From Rhodocyclaceae bacterium (GTDB lineage Bacteria; Pseudomonadota; Gammaproteobacteria; Burkholderiales; Rhodocyclaceae), in assembly GCA_041916775.1 (NCBI GenBank), contig JAYRYZ010000001.1, forward strand, positions 295,825-359,824: a DNA stretch of 64,000 nt. The letters are read 5' to 3'. Made by a program: the position numbers and the translations under genes. The notes beneath the pieces are model-generated. The model did no database searches, had not been told where the DNA came from, and saw nothing but the letters and a program-made list of their open reading frames with translations. Below, in pieces: positions 35,345 through 49,195 of this stretch (its first letter is position 1; each line of letters begins with the position of its first letter).

Positions 35345-35395
35345 AATCTAGGGAGTCTGACATAAGATGTCAAGACATTTTATGTCAGACTCCCT
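35345..35395 (-). promoter_or_regulatory. sigma70-type promoter TTGACA-N17-TAGATT (minus strand) embedded in a perfect 16-bp inverted repeat AGGGAGTCTGACATAA-N14-TTATGTCAGACTCCCT
   Basis: read on minus strand: TTGACA (35374-35369), 17-nt spacer, TAGATT (35350-35345), about 40 nt upstream of the operon ATG at 35302; IR arms 35350-35365 and 35380-35395; locally AT-rich in GC-rich DNA. Confidence 0.55.
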
Positions 35396-35573
35396 CCGTG
35401 CTGTTCCTGCTTGCCGTCCGCAAACAGCGCTTACGAAAGCCGGGATTATCTCATCGGCATGAACGAAGGTGGCGGAAGAATCGCGTGCGGTATTCCGTTG
35501 GCAAAGTCATTGCGGGTGTCTTTTCGCCTAGGCGGCTGGCAGGGCGCCCGACTGCCGCTGCCGTCCAGCCCGC

Positions 35574-38300
<2,727 letters not shown>

Positions 38301-38319
38301 GCTTGTCCTCCGTGCTTCG

Positions 38320-41300
38320 TCATTCGGCCCCCAGATTGCGCAACATTGTGCCGATGCTGCGCTCCGCGCGCGCGAAGTCGAAGCCGTCGAGCGCTGACAT
38401 GAGGATTCGCCATTCATCCAGGAGCGTTTGCGGCAGTGCGACTGCGATCGCCTCCAGGCGGGCCTCATCCACGAACTCGTGGTTGCGCGCGGCGTCGTGC
38501 AAGGACTTGAGTGCGCGCACCGGGTCGACTGCGGGCGGCACATCGCGCGCGCGCGAAGCTTTCGCGTCAGGCCGCGCCAGCCATGCGCAAATGGCACTGG
38601 TGGTGCGTACCAGGGTCGTCTCGAAGTCTGCGATCGCCTGCGGCGACGGTAGGAGCCCGGACTTGAGTGCCTCGTCGAGCGTCGCTGTTGCCGACGCGAG
38701 CGGGGCAAGTGCCAGGTTGCCTGCAACGCCTTTGAGGCTGTGTGTGTGTTGCTGCAGTGCGGCCCGGGTGGCCGGCGAGGGGGCGGCCGACAGCGCGACG
38801 AGTTGCTGCGGCAAGGCCGCGTAGGTGCCGCGGAGCTGCGTCAGCAGCTCATCCAACAGGCGTTCATACAGGGCTTGGTTGCCGTCCAGCATGGCCACGC
38901 CAAGAGTCGGCGAGAAGAGTGCCTCGACGGCCAGTGTTGCGGATTGCCCGGAAGTAGGCGCGGAACAGGGCCCGGGGACGTCGGCAGGGGGCATCCTCGG
39001 GCCGGCGGACGTCTCTGCCGCTGCGGGTAGCCAGCGCGCGAGCGTGGCATGCAGCGCGACCGGGTCTATCGGTTTGCCGAGGTGATCGTTCATGCCGGCG
39101 GCACGTGCCTTGAGCTTGTCGTCCGACATCACAGCCGCAGTGAGCGCGATCACCGGCAGGGTGAAACCGTGGGCACGTAGCCGGCGAGTCGCCTCGTACC
39201 CGTCCATGATCGGCATCTGGATGTCCATGAGGACCAGATCGAAGCTGCCCTTCTCGGTCTCCTGGAGTGCCTCCCAGCCGTTGCGCGCGGTCACGACTTC
39301 AAGGCCCAGGGCGCGTAGCTGTGCAGTGGCCACCTCCTGGTTGATCGCGTGGTCCTCGACCAGCAGCACCCGGCCGACGAGCCGGCGAAGCGACAGGCCG
39401 TCGCCGGCGCTGCGCGCGAGCAGCGCGCGCATCTCCTCGGCGCTGCAGCGCCCGAGTGCAAGCGTGAAGCTGAAGGCTGCACCCTGGTTGGATGCGCTCG
39501 CGAGTTCGATGCCTTCTCCGCCCATCGCCTCCACCAACCTCTGGCTGATTGCAAGCCCGAGGCCGGTGCCGCCGTGCTCGCGGGTGATGGAGGCGTCTGC
39601 CTGCTTGAATGCCTGGAATAGCCGCGGTTGTTGTGCCGGGTCGATGCCGATGCCGGTGTCGCTGACGCTGAAGCGGAGCCGGTCGGCGACGCCATCCGTC
39701 GAGTCGCACTCCACCTGCACGATGACCTGGCCGTGATCGGTGAACTTGATCGCATTACCGATCAGGTTGGTGAGGATCTGGCGGATCCGAAGTTCGTCGC
39801 CGACGTAGCCCGGTGCAGCCTCGGGCGCTACGACCAGCGCGAGCTGCAGCCCCTTTGCGCTGGCCATGGGTTCGAACAGGTCGCGCAGGGCGTCGATCAG
39901 CACCGCGAGGAAGAAGGGCTGTGGGGCGATCGCCAGTTTGCCCGCTTCGATGCGCGAGAAATCGAGGATGTCGTTGAGGATGCCAAGCAGCAGTTGGCCG
40001 GACTGGTGGATCTTCTGCAGCGCTGCGCGTAGCGCGGCTGGGTCGCGCTCGCCGGCTGCCAGCTGACTGAGGCCGATGATCGCGTTCATCGGCGTGCGAA
40101 TCTCATGGCTCATGTTGGCGAGGAACGCCGACTTGGCCAGGTTGGCCTCGTCTGCCGCCAGCCTGGCGGCCTCGAGCGCGTGTTCGGCTTCCTTCTGCAC
40201 CGTGACGTCGCGACCGCTTCCGCGGTAGCCGGTCAGCGAACCCGCGTCATCCAGCGTCGGGAAGCCGTCCGTGGACATCCACACGATATGCCCGTCCTTA
40301 TGCACGACCGGATTGACCATGCCCTTGATCGACTGCCGCGCCTCCATCAGCTGCATGGCTGTCTGTGCAAACGCGCTACGTCCGGCCTCGGGGTGGAGTT
40401 CGAAGAAGTGCCGTCGGCCGACCAGCTCATCGCGGCGAAAGCCCCACACGGCCTCACAGACGGGGCTTACGTAGGTGTAGAGGCCGTCGCGGTTCACCTC
40501 CCAGCTGACGGTGCCACTCTGCGCGGCGAGTTGCATCAGGCGAAGTTCGTTGTCGGCGATGGCCTGTTGCGCGCGCTTGAGCTCGGAGATGTCCTGCACG
40601 AAGGACCAGATCACCGGCCGGCCTTCGCTGGTGGTGGTGCCGAACCCCTGCACGAGTACCGGGTAGCGGCTGCCGTCCTTTCTGACGAAGGTGCGCTCGA
40701 AGGGGCCGAAGCGCCCGCTTCGCTCGAGCGCCTGGCGCTGCAGCGCCTCCTGGTCTGCATCGCCTGCAGGCGCGATATCGTTGGGGTGGAGCTGTGCGAA
40801 CGCCTCGGCCGTGTATCCGGCGGGTTCGTTGATGGCAGCGTTGAACTCGAGGAGGGCGCCGCTGAGCTGGTCGTTCATCGCAATGCCCACCGGTGCGTTC
40901 TCGAACAGGTTGCGGAACTTGGCCTCGGCGGACTTGAGCTGGGTGATGTTGGTGTGGGTGCCGAGCATGACCGCGGGGCGGCCGTCCTCATCCCACTCGA
41001 CCACGCGTCCGCGGCTCTCGACCCAGACCCACTCGCCGTGTGCGCTGCGCAGGCGAAAGGCGGTGCTGAAGGCGTTGTCGCGCGCGATGCTATCGGTGGC
41101 CTCGTCGAGCACCCGCGCGCGATCCTCCGGATGCAACTGTTCGGTGAACACGGCGATGTCGAGCGTGAAGGCGTCGGGCGGATAGCCGAGCTGGCGGAAG
41201 GCGCGCGCCGACCACTCGACCTTGTCCGAGCGCAGGTCCCAACGCCACATGCCGGTGTCGGAAGCCTCCATCGCGAGTTCCAGGCGCAGCTTGGTGTCTT

Positions 41301-41751
41301 CCAGGGCGAGCTGCTGGAGCTTGCGCTCGGTGATGTCGTAGATGTAGCCGTTCCACAGCGTCGAGCCGTCCATCAGCCGCTCTGGCGTGGCGCGGCCTTG
41401 TAGCCAGCGCTCGCCCTTCGCGGGGTGACGGTAGCGGTACTCGCACTCCCACACCGAGAGGGTCTCGGCGGAGTGGCGGATGCTCTGCGCCACCTCGGCG
41501 AGATCGTCCGGGTGCAGCCCGGCGAACACCGGCGCGGCGGACTCGCGCACGGCTTCGGGTGTCAGCCCGTACATGTCCTCGATGCCTGCCGTGCTGTATG
41601 GAAAGCAGCTGCGGCCATCGGGATACTGGCGGAATTGGTAGAGCATCCCCGGCGTGTTCGCAGCGAGCCGGGAGAGCTGCCGCTTTTGCTCGTGTTCGGC
41701 CGTGCCGTCGGTGTGGGCGCCGCTTGCGCCCTGCGAGTCGAGGTTGGTCAC
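38320..41751 (-). CDS. soluble multi-PAS hybrid histidine kinase: 4x PAS - HisKA - HATPase_c - REC - HPt
   Basis: 1143 aa, no TM; H-box [17 protein letters not shown]; receiver LVLMDIQMP...LGKP; C-terminal HPt [14 protein letters not shown]; GTG start. Confidence 0.85.
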   Translation of the reverse strand: MTNLDSQGASGAHTDGTAEHEQKRQLSRLAANTPGMLYQFRQYPDGRSCFPYSTAGIEDMYGLTPEAVRESAAPVFAGLHPDDLAEVAQSIRHSAETLSVWECEYRYRHPAKGERWLQGRATPERLMDGSTLWNGYIYDITERKLQQLALEDTKLRLELAMEASDTGMWRWDLRSDKVEWSARAFRQLGYPPDAFTLDIAVFTEQLHPEDRARVLDEATDSIARDNAFSTAFRLRSAHGEWVWVESRGRVVEWDEDGRPAVMLGTHTNITQLKSAEAKFRNLFENAPVGIAMNDQLSGALLEFNAAINEPAGYTAEAFAQLHPNDIAPAGDADQEALQRQALERSGRFGPFERTFVRKDGSRYPVLVQGFGTTTSEGRPVIWSFVQDISELKRAQQAIADNELRLMQLAAQSGTVSWEVNRDGLYTYVSPVCEAVWGFRRDELVGRRHFFELHPEAGRSAFAQTAMQLMEARQSIKGMVNPVVHKDGHIVWMSTDGFPTLDDAGSLTGYRGSGRDVTVQKEAEHALEAARLAADEANLAKSAFLANMSHEIRTPMNAIIGLSQLAAGERDPAALRAALQKIHQSGQLLLGILNDILDFSRIEAGKLAIAPQPFFLAVLIDALRDLFEPMASAKGLQLALVVAPEAAPGYVGDELRIRQILTNLIGNAIKFTDHGQVIVQVECDSTDGVADRLRFSVSDTGIGIDPAQQPRLFQAFKQADASITREHGGTGLGLAISQRLVEAMGGEGIELASASNQGAAFSFTLALGRCSAEEMRALLARSAGDGLSLRRLVGRVLLVEDHAINQEVATAQLRALGLEVVTARNGWEALQETEKGSFDLVLMDIQMPIMDGYEATRRLRAHGFTLPVIALTAAVMSDDKLKARAAGMNDHLGKPIDPVALHATLARWLPAAAETSAGPRMPPADVPGPCSAPTSGQSATLAVEALFSPTLGVAMLDGNQALYERLLDELLTQLRGTYAALPQQLVALSAAPSPATRAALQQHTHSLKGVAGNLALAPLASATATLDEALKSGLLPSPQAIADFETTLVRTTSAICAWLARPDAKASRARDVPPAVDPVRALKSLHDAARNHEFVDEARLEAIAVALPQTLLDEWRILMSALDGFDFARAERSIGTMLRNLGAE

Positions 41752-41817
41752 GAGGTCCGCCAGAGTGGCGATGCTGCGGACGGGGTGCGGCCGCGTGTTA
41801 CCAGGGTCGTCATGGCG

Positions 41818-44462
41818 TCAGCTATCCTTCGCAAGCTGCGCTCCGCCGGGCAGCGCGTGCCGCCCGGGGGCGGCGATGCCATGTGCGGCGAGCTGCTCGG
41901 GCAGGTCGGGTTCGAGCAGCGGGTGCGCGAACAGGTAGCCTTGTCCGATGGTGCAGCCACTGTGCTCCAGGAACGCGAGCTGTAGCGGCGTCTCGATCCC
42001 CTCCGCGATCGTCTCCAGGCCAATGGTCTGGGCGAGCTGGATGATGGTGCGGCAGATCGCCTCGTCGTTCTGGTCCAGCCCGATGTCTCGGATGAAGGCG
42101 CGGTCGATCTTGAGCGCGTCGATCGGCATGGTGTTGAGATACGCCAGCGATGAATAACCGGTGCCGAAGTCGTCGATCGACAGGCGTACCCCCAGTGCCT
42201 TGAGCATGCGCATCTGCCGCACCGCGAGCTCGGGCTGCTTCATCGCGACCCGTTCGGTCAGCTCGATCTCGAGCAGATGCCCGGGGAGGCCGTGGCGCAG
42301 CAGCGACTCTTGTACCTCGTCCACGAAGTCGTTGCGCCAGAACTGCACGAAGGAGATGTTGACCGCGACGACGAAGTGATCGAGTCCGTGGTCCAGCCAC
42401 GCCTTGCGCTGCAGGATCGCACGATCCAGCACCCAGCGCCCGATCTCGGTGATGAGGCTGGACTCCTCCGCCACCGGGATGAAGGTGTCGGGCGGGATGA
42501 AGTGGCCATCACGCTGCCAGCGCAACAGCGCCTCGACGCCGGTGATGCGGCCGTCCGCAAGGGCGAGCTGGGGCTGGAAGCGCAGGCTCATTTCGTCGCT
42601 GGCGAGCGCGCGCTTGAGACTGATCTCGATCGCGAGCCGCTCGGAGGTGGTCCGTGCCATGTCCTCGTTGAAGTAGCGCCAGCCATTGCGTCCGGCACTT
42701 TTCGCCTGGTACATCGCCATGTCCGCTTGCTGCAGCAGGGTGTCGAAGGCCTTGCTGTCCTGCGGGTAGAGCGCGATGCCGAGCGAGGCCGACACCGACA
42801 CTTCGGTATCACCCACCGCCATTGGCCGACAGATCGCTTGCACCAGGGCGGTGGCGCGGCGATCGAGCTGAGCTTCGCTGAGCCCCTCCAGCAGCACGAA
42901 CTCGTCGCCACCCAGGCGGCAGACGGTGTCGTCCTCGCGCACCAGCGATCGGATCCGTTGCGCCACCTCTTTCAGGATCTCGTCGCCCGCAGCGTGTCCG
43001 AACACGTCGTTGATGGTCTTGAAGCGGTCGAGGTCGATGAAGCACACCGCGAAGCCATTGCCGTTGCGTTCCGCCGAGCGGATCGCCTGGGCGGCGCGGT
43101 CGTGCAGCAGGTAGCGGTTGGGGGTGCCGGTGAGCGGGTCATAGAAGGCGAGCCGCTCGATCTCCTCTTCCGCCATCTTGCGGTGGGTGATGTCGCTGAA
43201 CACGCCGATGTAGTGGGTGACCTCGCCGGCGGTGTTCATGACCCGGCTGATCGACAGCCACTCGGGATATACCTCGCCGGATTTGCGCCGGTTCCAGATC
43301 TCGCCGGCCCATCGGCCGCTCGTCTCGATCGCCCGCCACATCTCGGCGTAGAAGCTCTGCGGATGGCGCCCGGAGGCCAGGATGGAGGGTTTCTCGCCGA
43401 GCACATCGTGTTCCTCGAAGCCGGTGATCTGGCAAAAGGCGTTGTTCACCGAGATGACCCGCTGCTCCGCGTCTGTGATCACGATGCCTTCGGTGCCGGC
43501 GCGATAGATCTGGGCCGCGAGCTCCAGCCGGATGTCCTTCTGGCGGCTCTCGGTGATGTCGGTGGTGATGCCGCCGATACCGAGCACCGCGTTATTCTTG
43601 TCCAGTAAGGGAAACTTGTGGCTCAGGAAGTATCTGACCTCCGCGCCCGGCCGGTGCAGCTTCTCCTCGTAGAGCATGGCCTGGCGGTTGCTCATCACCA
43701 AGCGGTCGTTCTGCTCGTGTTGCTCGGCATCCTGTGTGGGCAGCCAGCCGGTGCGGCGCCGGCCGATCAGCTCCGATTCGTTTTGGCCAACGAGCTTCTG
43801 CAGCGCCTTGTTCGCGAGTAGGCACCTGCCCTCCGGGTCGAACGCGTAGATCAGGGCGTCGCTGTTGTTCAGCACGGTCGAGAAGATGCTGCGGGTGCGC
43901 GACAGCTCGGAGTCCGCGGTGCGGTCGAGGCACAGCGCGAGGTAGTGGGCGTCGAGGTGGTAGTCCTGCGGCAGCAGGCACAGATGCACCTCCATGTGGC
44001 GCTCCTCGCCCTCGTGGCCGCGGAAGGCGAGATCGAGCGGGCTGCGGTTGACGGGCGTGGTCGTGGCGCGCAGCCTCGCGATCAGCGCTGCTGCACCGTC
44101 GTGCAGCACGAGGCGCAGCAGCGAGTGCTGCCGCAGCGTTTGCACGCTGCTGAAGCCGAAGACCTTCGCGGCAGCCTCGTTGGCCTCCTCGACGATGCCA
44201 CGATCGTCTATGACGAGTGCGGGCATGGGCAGGGCGGTGAATAGCAGCTGGTAGCGACGGCGTACGCTCTCTTCCGCGAGTCGGGACGCGATCAGCTCCT
44301 GGTTCTGGATATCGAGCTCGGCGTGATACACACGCAACTCGTGCATGAATTCGCCGAAATCTGCAGCAGCGCCCTCGTCCAGCCGGCCGATGCCGGCCTC
44401 GCCGCGCGACAGCGCCCGCTCTGCGCGCAGGCGCAGGGTGTCGACCCGGGAGCGGCTTTCAC

Positions 44463-44466
<4 letters not shown>
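41818..44466 (-). CDS. PAS(x3)-GGDEF-EAL c-di-GMP turnover protein
   Basis: 882 aa from ATG 44466 (ATGA overlap with upstream gene); GGDEF motif RLGGDEF; EAL motifs EALLRW and DDFGTGYSS. Confidence 0.85.
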
Positions 44467-45506
<1,040 letters not shown>

Positions 45507-47252
45507 CTACTCGTCGCCGCGCGGCTGCATGGGACGCACGCTCAGCCGGATCACCTTCTCGCTGCCGTCGTCCTGCGTCACGCGCAGCAGGTCCGAGACC
45601 ATCGCCTCACGCTCCTTCGAGGCCTTGAAGAGCAGCGCCGATGCGACCGGTACGAGGTTCTCGGGCAGGATGCGCGACAACTCCAGGCTGGCCGAACCCT
45701 CTCTGGCCCGGAAGTAGGGCTGCACTCGGCCGAAGAGGTGGATCGCCTCGTGCCGGTCATTGACCAGGATCGCAGGCGGCACGTACTTCTCGAGCAGGAC
45801 GTTCATGGCCTCGTCGGTGGCGACACCATCCTCCTGCAGCCTGTGGCGTTCGCTGGCGCGCCGCAGTGGCGCGCGCTCCGTCATGTATGGACCGCGGGCA
45901 CCCGGCACGCCCAGCCCCAGGTTGACGCTGGTGGCCGCTTCCGTTCTGCGGAAGAGCTTGTGCTTGCCATGGATGGTGGCGAAGCCGCTGCTCTGGCCCG
46001 AAAGCGATTCGCTCGAACCGAGCAGCATGTAGCCCTGTTGTTCGATTGCGTACTGCAGCCGGTCCAGCGCGCGCTTCTGCGCATCGGGGGTGAAGTAGAT
46101 CAGCGTGTTGCGGCAGCTGACCAGGCTCATCCGGGTAAACGGCGGATCGCTCAGCAGGTTGTGGCGTGCGAACACGATGCACTGGCGAAGCTCCTGCTTC
46201 ACCACATACTGGTTGCCGTTGCGGGTGAAGAAGCGTTCCAGACGCTCGGGCGTGAGCTCTGCCGCAGCCGACTCGGGGTAGCGTCCGGCCGCGGCGAACT
46301 CGACGTTGTGCTGGTTCACGTCGGTTGCGAAGACCTTCAGGCTCGGCCAGCGCCGCAGCCGCTCGAAGGCCTCGAAGAAGGTGATCGCGATCGAGTAGGC
46401 CTCCTCACCCGTGGAGCATCCCGCCACCCAGACCCTGAGTGCTCCGCCGGCGACGGCCTGGCCGACCAGTTCGTCGACGACTCTGCGCGCGAGCGTGTCG
46501 AACACCTCCGGGTCACGGAAGAAGCTCGTCACCGGGATCAGCAGCTCGCGGCGCAGCACTGCGACCTCGTTCACATCCTGCTCGAGCAGCCCGAGGTACT
46601 CGGCGAAGCTGCGCATGTGCCGAACCTGCATGCGCCGCTCGATACGGCGGTTGAGCGTCGCGGATTTGTAGTCGTTGAAGTCGATGCCGCTGATCTGCAG
46701 CAGCAACTGGATGATGCCCTGGCGCGCCTCGTCCTCGGTGAGCGGTGTGTTGGCGCTGCCCTCCCGCTGTGGCAGCTCATCCTCCGGCGGCAGGTTGCCG
46801 ATATGCGACTGGATGCGTGCGGCCAGCTTGTCGGCGCCGAGCACGGCATCCACCAGTCCGGTCGCGATCACGCTGCCGGGCATGCCGTCGAACTTGGCTT
46901 CGCGCGGTTCCTGCGCGAGCAGGAAGCCTCCGGCAGCGTTGAGTGCAGTCGCGCCGCGCGTGCCATCGGAGCCGGTTCCCGACAGGATGACGCCGATGCT
47001 GCGGCTGCCGAAGTCGTCGGCCAGGGCGCCGAAGAAGATGTCGATCGGCAGGGTCAGAAGGTGGGGATGTTTGGGTGTCAGACGGAAGCGTCCGTCCTGG
47101 ATACGCATGATCGTGCCCGGTGGGATCAGGAAGATCTGGTTGGCACCGATGGGCAGGTCGTCTTCCACCATGCGCACTTTCATGCGGGTGTAGCGCGCCA
47201 ACAGATCGGTCATCATGCTCTTGTGGTCGGGCGACAGATGCTGGATGACCAC
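45507..47252 (-). CDS. CheB methylesterase catalytic domain - CheR methyltransferase fusion (as annotatable ORF from GTG 47252; N-terminal beta-strand lies upstream of an in-frame TAG)
   Basis: CheB catalytic motifs (VVIQHLSPD..., GSDGT) then CheR N and SAM-methyltransferase domain ([16 protein letters not shown]); in-frame TAG at 47295-47297 separates it from the 47298-47417 fragment encoding ...[15 protein letters not shown]. Confidence 0.75.
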   Translation of the reverse strand: [581 protein letters not shown]

Positions 47253-47297
47253 GAAGGCGGCCCCGGTGTCAGGTGGGCAATGGTTGAAGAAGCGCTA

Positions 47298-47417
47298 GAG
47301 CGCCTCCAGCCCGCCTGCCGAGGCACCAATGGCAACGACGAACCCCTGGAAGGCGCCCTCCGTGGTCTCACAGTCTTCCCTGGCAGACGTCGTCGGTGCG
47401 GCTTTCCTGCGGGTCAT
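47298..47417 (-). pseudogene. 5' fragment of the CheB-CheR gene (encodes MTRRK...[20 protein letters not shown], the CheB N-terminal strand), cut off from the body by an in-frame amber codon
   Basis: same reading frame as 45507..47252; ATG 47417 forms ATGA overlap with stop of upstream MerR/B12 gene, GGAG RBS; TAG at 47295-47297. Confidence 0.5.
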
Positions 47418-48349
47418 TCGGTACTCCGGTGCGTTCTTGTACGGTGTGGTAGATGTCCCGCAAGGGCACGCCGAATGGACTCGGCATCGCCACAGACCGT
47501 GATCTCCTGCTGGTCGCGGGTGCGCGCGCAGGATGCGCCAGCGCCGCCCAGCCACAATGCGCAGCGTGCCGGCAGCGTAGCGCGCAGCGCCCGCGCGAAG
47601 CGATGGATGGCACGTGCTGCATAGGCTCTGCTGACCGAGAGCCCGACGATGTCGGCGCCGCTGTCGCGTGCGGCTGCGGCGAGTTCCTCCAGCGGTGTTT
47701 CGGCGCCGAGCGTGATACAGGCGACGCCCTCTGCGAGCAGGATCCGCTTCGCCATGTCGAGCCCCAGCACATGTCGTTCGCCCGGCGGCGTGCTGAGCAG
47801 AGCGAGCGGCTGCCCGGTCCGGGACTCGGGAGGGTGTTTGCCGGAGGATACGGCGAGGACGTCATGCACGATCCCGCTGATCGCATGCTCCTGCCACACC
47901 CGCAATTGCCCTGCTGACCAAGCCTGCCCCACCGCCTGCATCAAGGGTGCGGCGCAATCCTCGATGAAGCCCACCTCATCCAACTGCGCGCGCAGCGCGA
48001 GCAACTGCCCGCGCAGCATGGTGAAATCGCCCGCGCCCGCGAGCGCGACGAGTGCCTCGACCTGAGTGGACTTCTGCGGCAGCGTTTGGGTGGCGGGCTC
48101 CCCGCGGTGGGCCATCGCGAGCGCGTCGGCCACCGGGTGGCCGCACTGCATGAGGCGTCGCGCAATCAGCAGCTGACGCCGTTGCAACTCGTCGTACTGG
48201 CGCTTGCCGCCGACCCGGTAAGGCACTGGCCAACCGTGCCGTGTTTCCCATTTGCGCAGCACATCCGGACTGATTCCCAACTGAGCAGCGACGGTACCGA
48301 TTGCAAGCAAGTGACCTTCTCCAGACACACGGCGGGCGCAGGTGAGCAT
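47414..48349 (-). CDS. CarH/LitR-like MerR-family transcriptional regulator with cobalamin (B12)-binding domains
   Basis: N-terminal MerR HTH LLAIGTVAAQLGISPDVLRKWETRHGW; B12-binding_2 helical bundle carrying W-x9-EH (AWSAGQLRVWQEH); Rossmann B12-binding domain with E-x-H-x-x-G (GERHVLG) and GG motif; start taken at Met 48349. Confidence 0.78.
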   Translation of the reverse strand: MLTCARRVSGEGHLLAIGTVAAQLGISPDVLRKWETRHGWPVPYRVGGKRQYDELQRRQLLIARRLMQCGHPVADALAMAHRGEPATQTLPQKSTQVEALVALAGAGDFTMLRGQLLALRAQLDEVGFIEDCAAPLMQAVGQAWSAGQLRVWQEHAISGIVHDVLAVSSGKHPPESRTGQPLALLSTPPGERHVLGLDMAKRILLAEGVACITLGAETPLEELAAAARDSGADIVGLSVSRAYAARAIHRFARALRATLPARCALWLGGAGASCARTRDQQEITVCGDAESIRRALAGHLPHRTRTHRSTE

Positions 48350-48376
48350 CCCTGTGTCCGTGTCACAGAATTTTAC

Positions 48377-48395
48377 GTCCAGGTTGGACCTGGAC
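48377..48395 (-). promoter_or_regulatory. 19-bp palindrome GTCCAGGT-TGG-ACCTGGAC next to a TAAAAT -10-like box upstream of the CarH-like gene (candidate operator)
   Basis: perfect 8-bp arms with 3-nt centre; minus-strand TAAAAT at 48375-48370 about 20 nt before ATG 48349; lies inside coding sequence if the gene instead starts at Met 48397. Confidence 0.35.
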
Positions 48396-48538
48396 ATTGA
48401 TGCATGTCATGAGTCGGAGACGACACACGCCGTCGGGAGCCGCTCGCGTTGCGCAGATGCAACAGCGATCGGCTCCCCGGCGGCAGTTCGCGCGCGCATC
48501 TCTCAGTAGCCTGCGGTGAAGCGCCTCCCGGTGTGGCG

Positions 48539-48781
48539 CGCCTGCGGACGGACTCGGCGACAAGCCTGAGGGCCTTGCTGCAGCAGGGGGCGGGTGTTTC
48601 GATACTCGACCAGCTCAGCGCCGAGGCGGGGCTGAAGAGCGGCGTGCTCTCGCGACTGTTGCCGGACTGGGCCTTGCCAACTGGCGGCGTGTATGCCGTA
48701 TTTCCGCCCGGCCGACATGTGCCCGCAAAGGTGCGGGCCTTCATCGCGTTCCTGCGCGAGAACCTCGCTGGCCGGGTGTGA
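48539..48781 (+). pseudogene. C-terminal remnant (about 80 aa) of a LysR-family regulator substrate-binding domain
   Basis: ...LRALLQQGAGVSILDQL...LSRLLPDWALPTGGVYAVFPPGRHVPAKVRAFIAFLRENL is the canonical LysR C-terminus; no room upstream for the HTH and the rest of the effector domain (CarH-like gene abuts at 48397). Confidence 0.5.
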
Positions 48782-48808
48782 GCGCGCCGGTCGTTCGAGC
48801 GCGGTGAC

Positions 48809-49195
48809 TCAGTTGAGCATGCCGGGCACGGCCAGGGTGAAGGGCGGAATCTCGGCGTCGAAGTGCATCCCATCGTCGGCGATCATCTGGTAGCTGCCCT
48901 GCATCGCGCCGACCGGGGTCTCAAGCACCGAGCCGCTGGTGTAGCGGAAGGATTCGCCCGGCGCGAGATGCGGCTTCTCGCCGATGACGCCTTCGCCGCG
49001 CACCTCCTGGCGCTTGCCCGAGCCATCGGTGATGATCCAGTGGCGGGTCAGCAACTTCGCCCTGACCTCGCCGACGTTGGTGATGGTGATGTGATACGCA
49101 AAGACGTAGCGTCCATCCTCTGGCGCGGATTGGGCTGCCACGAACTCCGCTTTCGTGCTGACGGCGATGCGGTATCTGTTGTCCTGTTCCGGCAT
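48809..49195 (-). CDS. apaG: ApaG (DUF525) protein
   Basis: 128 aa from Met 49195; aligns along its length with E. coli ApaG (RYVFAY..ITN.G...LL.RHW.ITDG.G...V.GEGV.G..P.LAPGE...YTSG...TP.G.MQG.Y). Confidence 0.8.
   Translation of the reverse strand: MPEQDNRYRIAVSTKAEFVAAQSAPEDGRYVFAYHITITNVGEVRAKLLTRHWIITDGSGKRQEVRGEGVIGEKPHLAPGESFRYTSGSVLETPVGAMQGSYQMIADDGMHFDAEIPPFTLAVPGMLN

Noticed and set aside
38428-41403. Several plus-strand ORFs (74-432 aa) within the sensory locus
   Set aside because: All antisense to PAS/HK genes with recognisable domain motifs on the minus strand.
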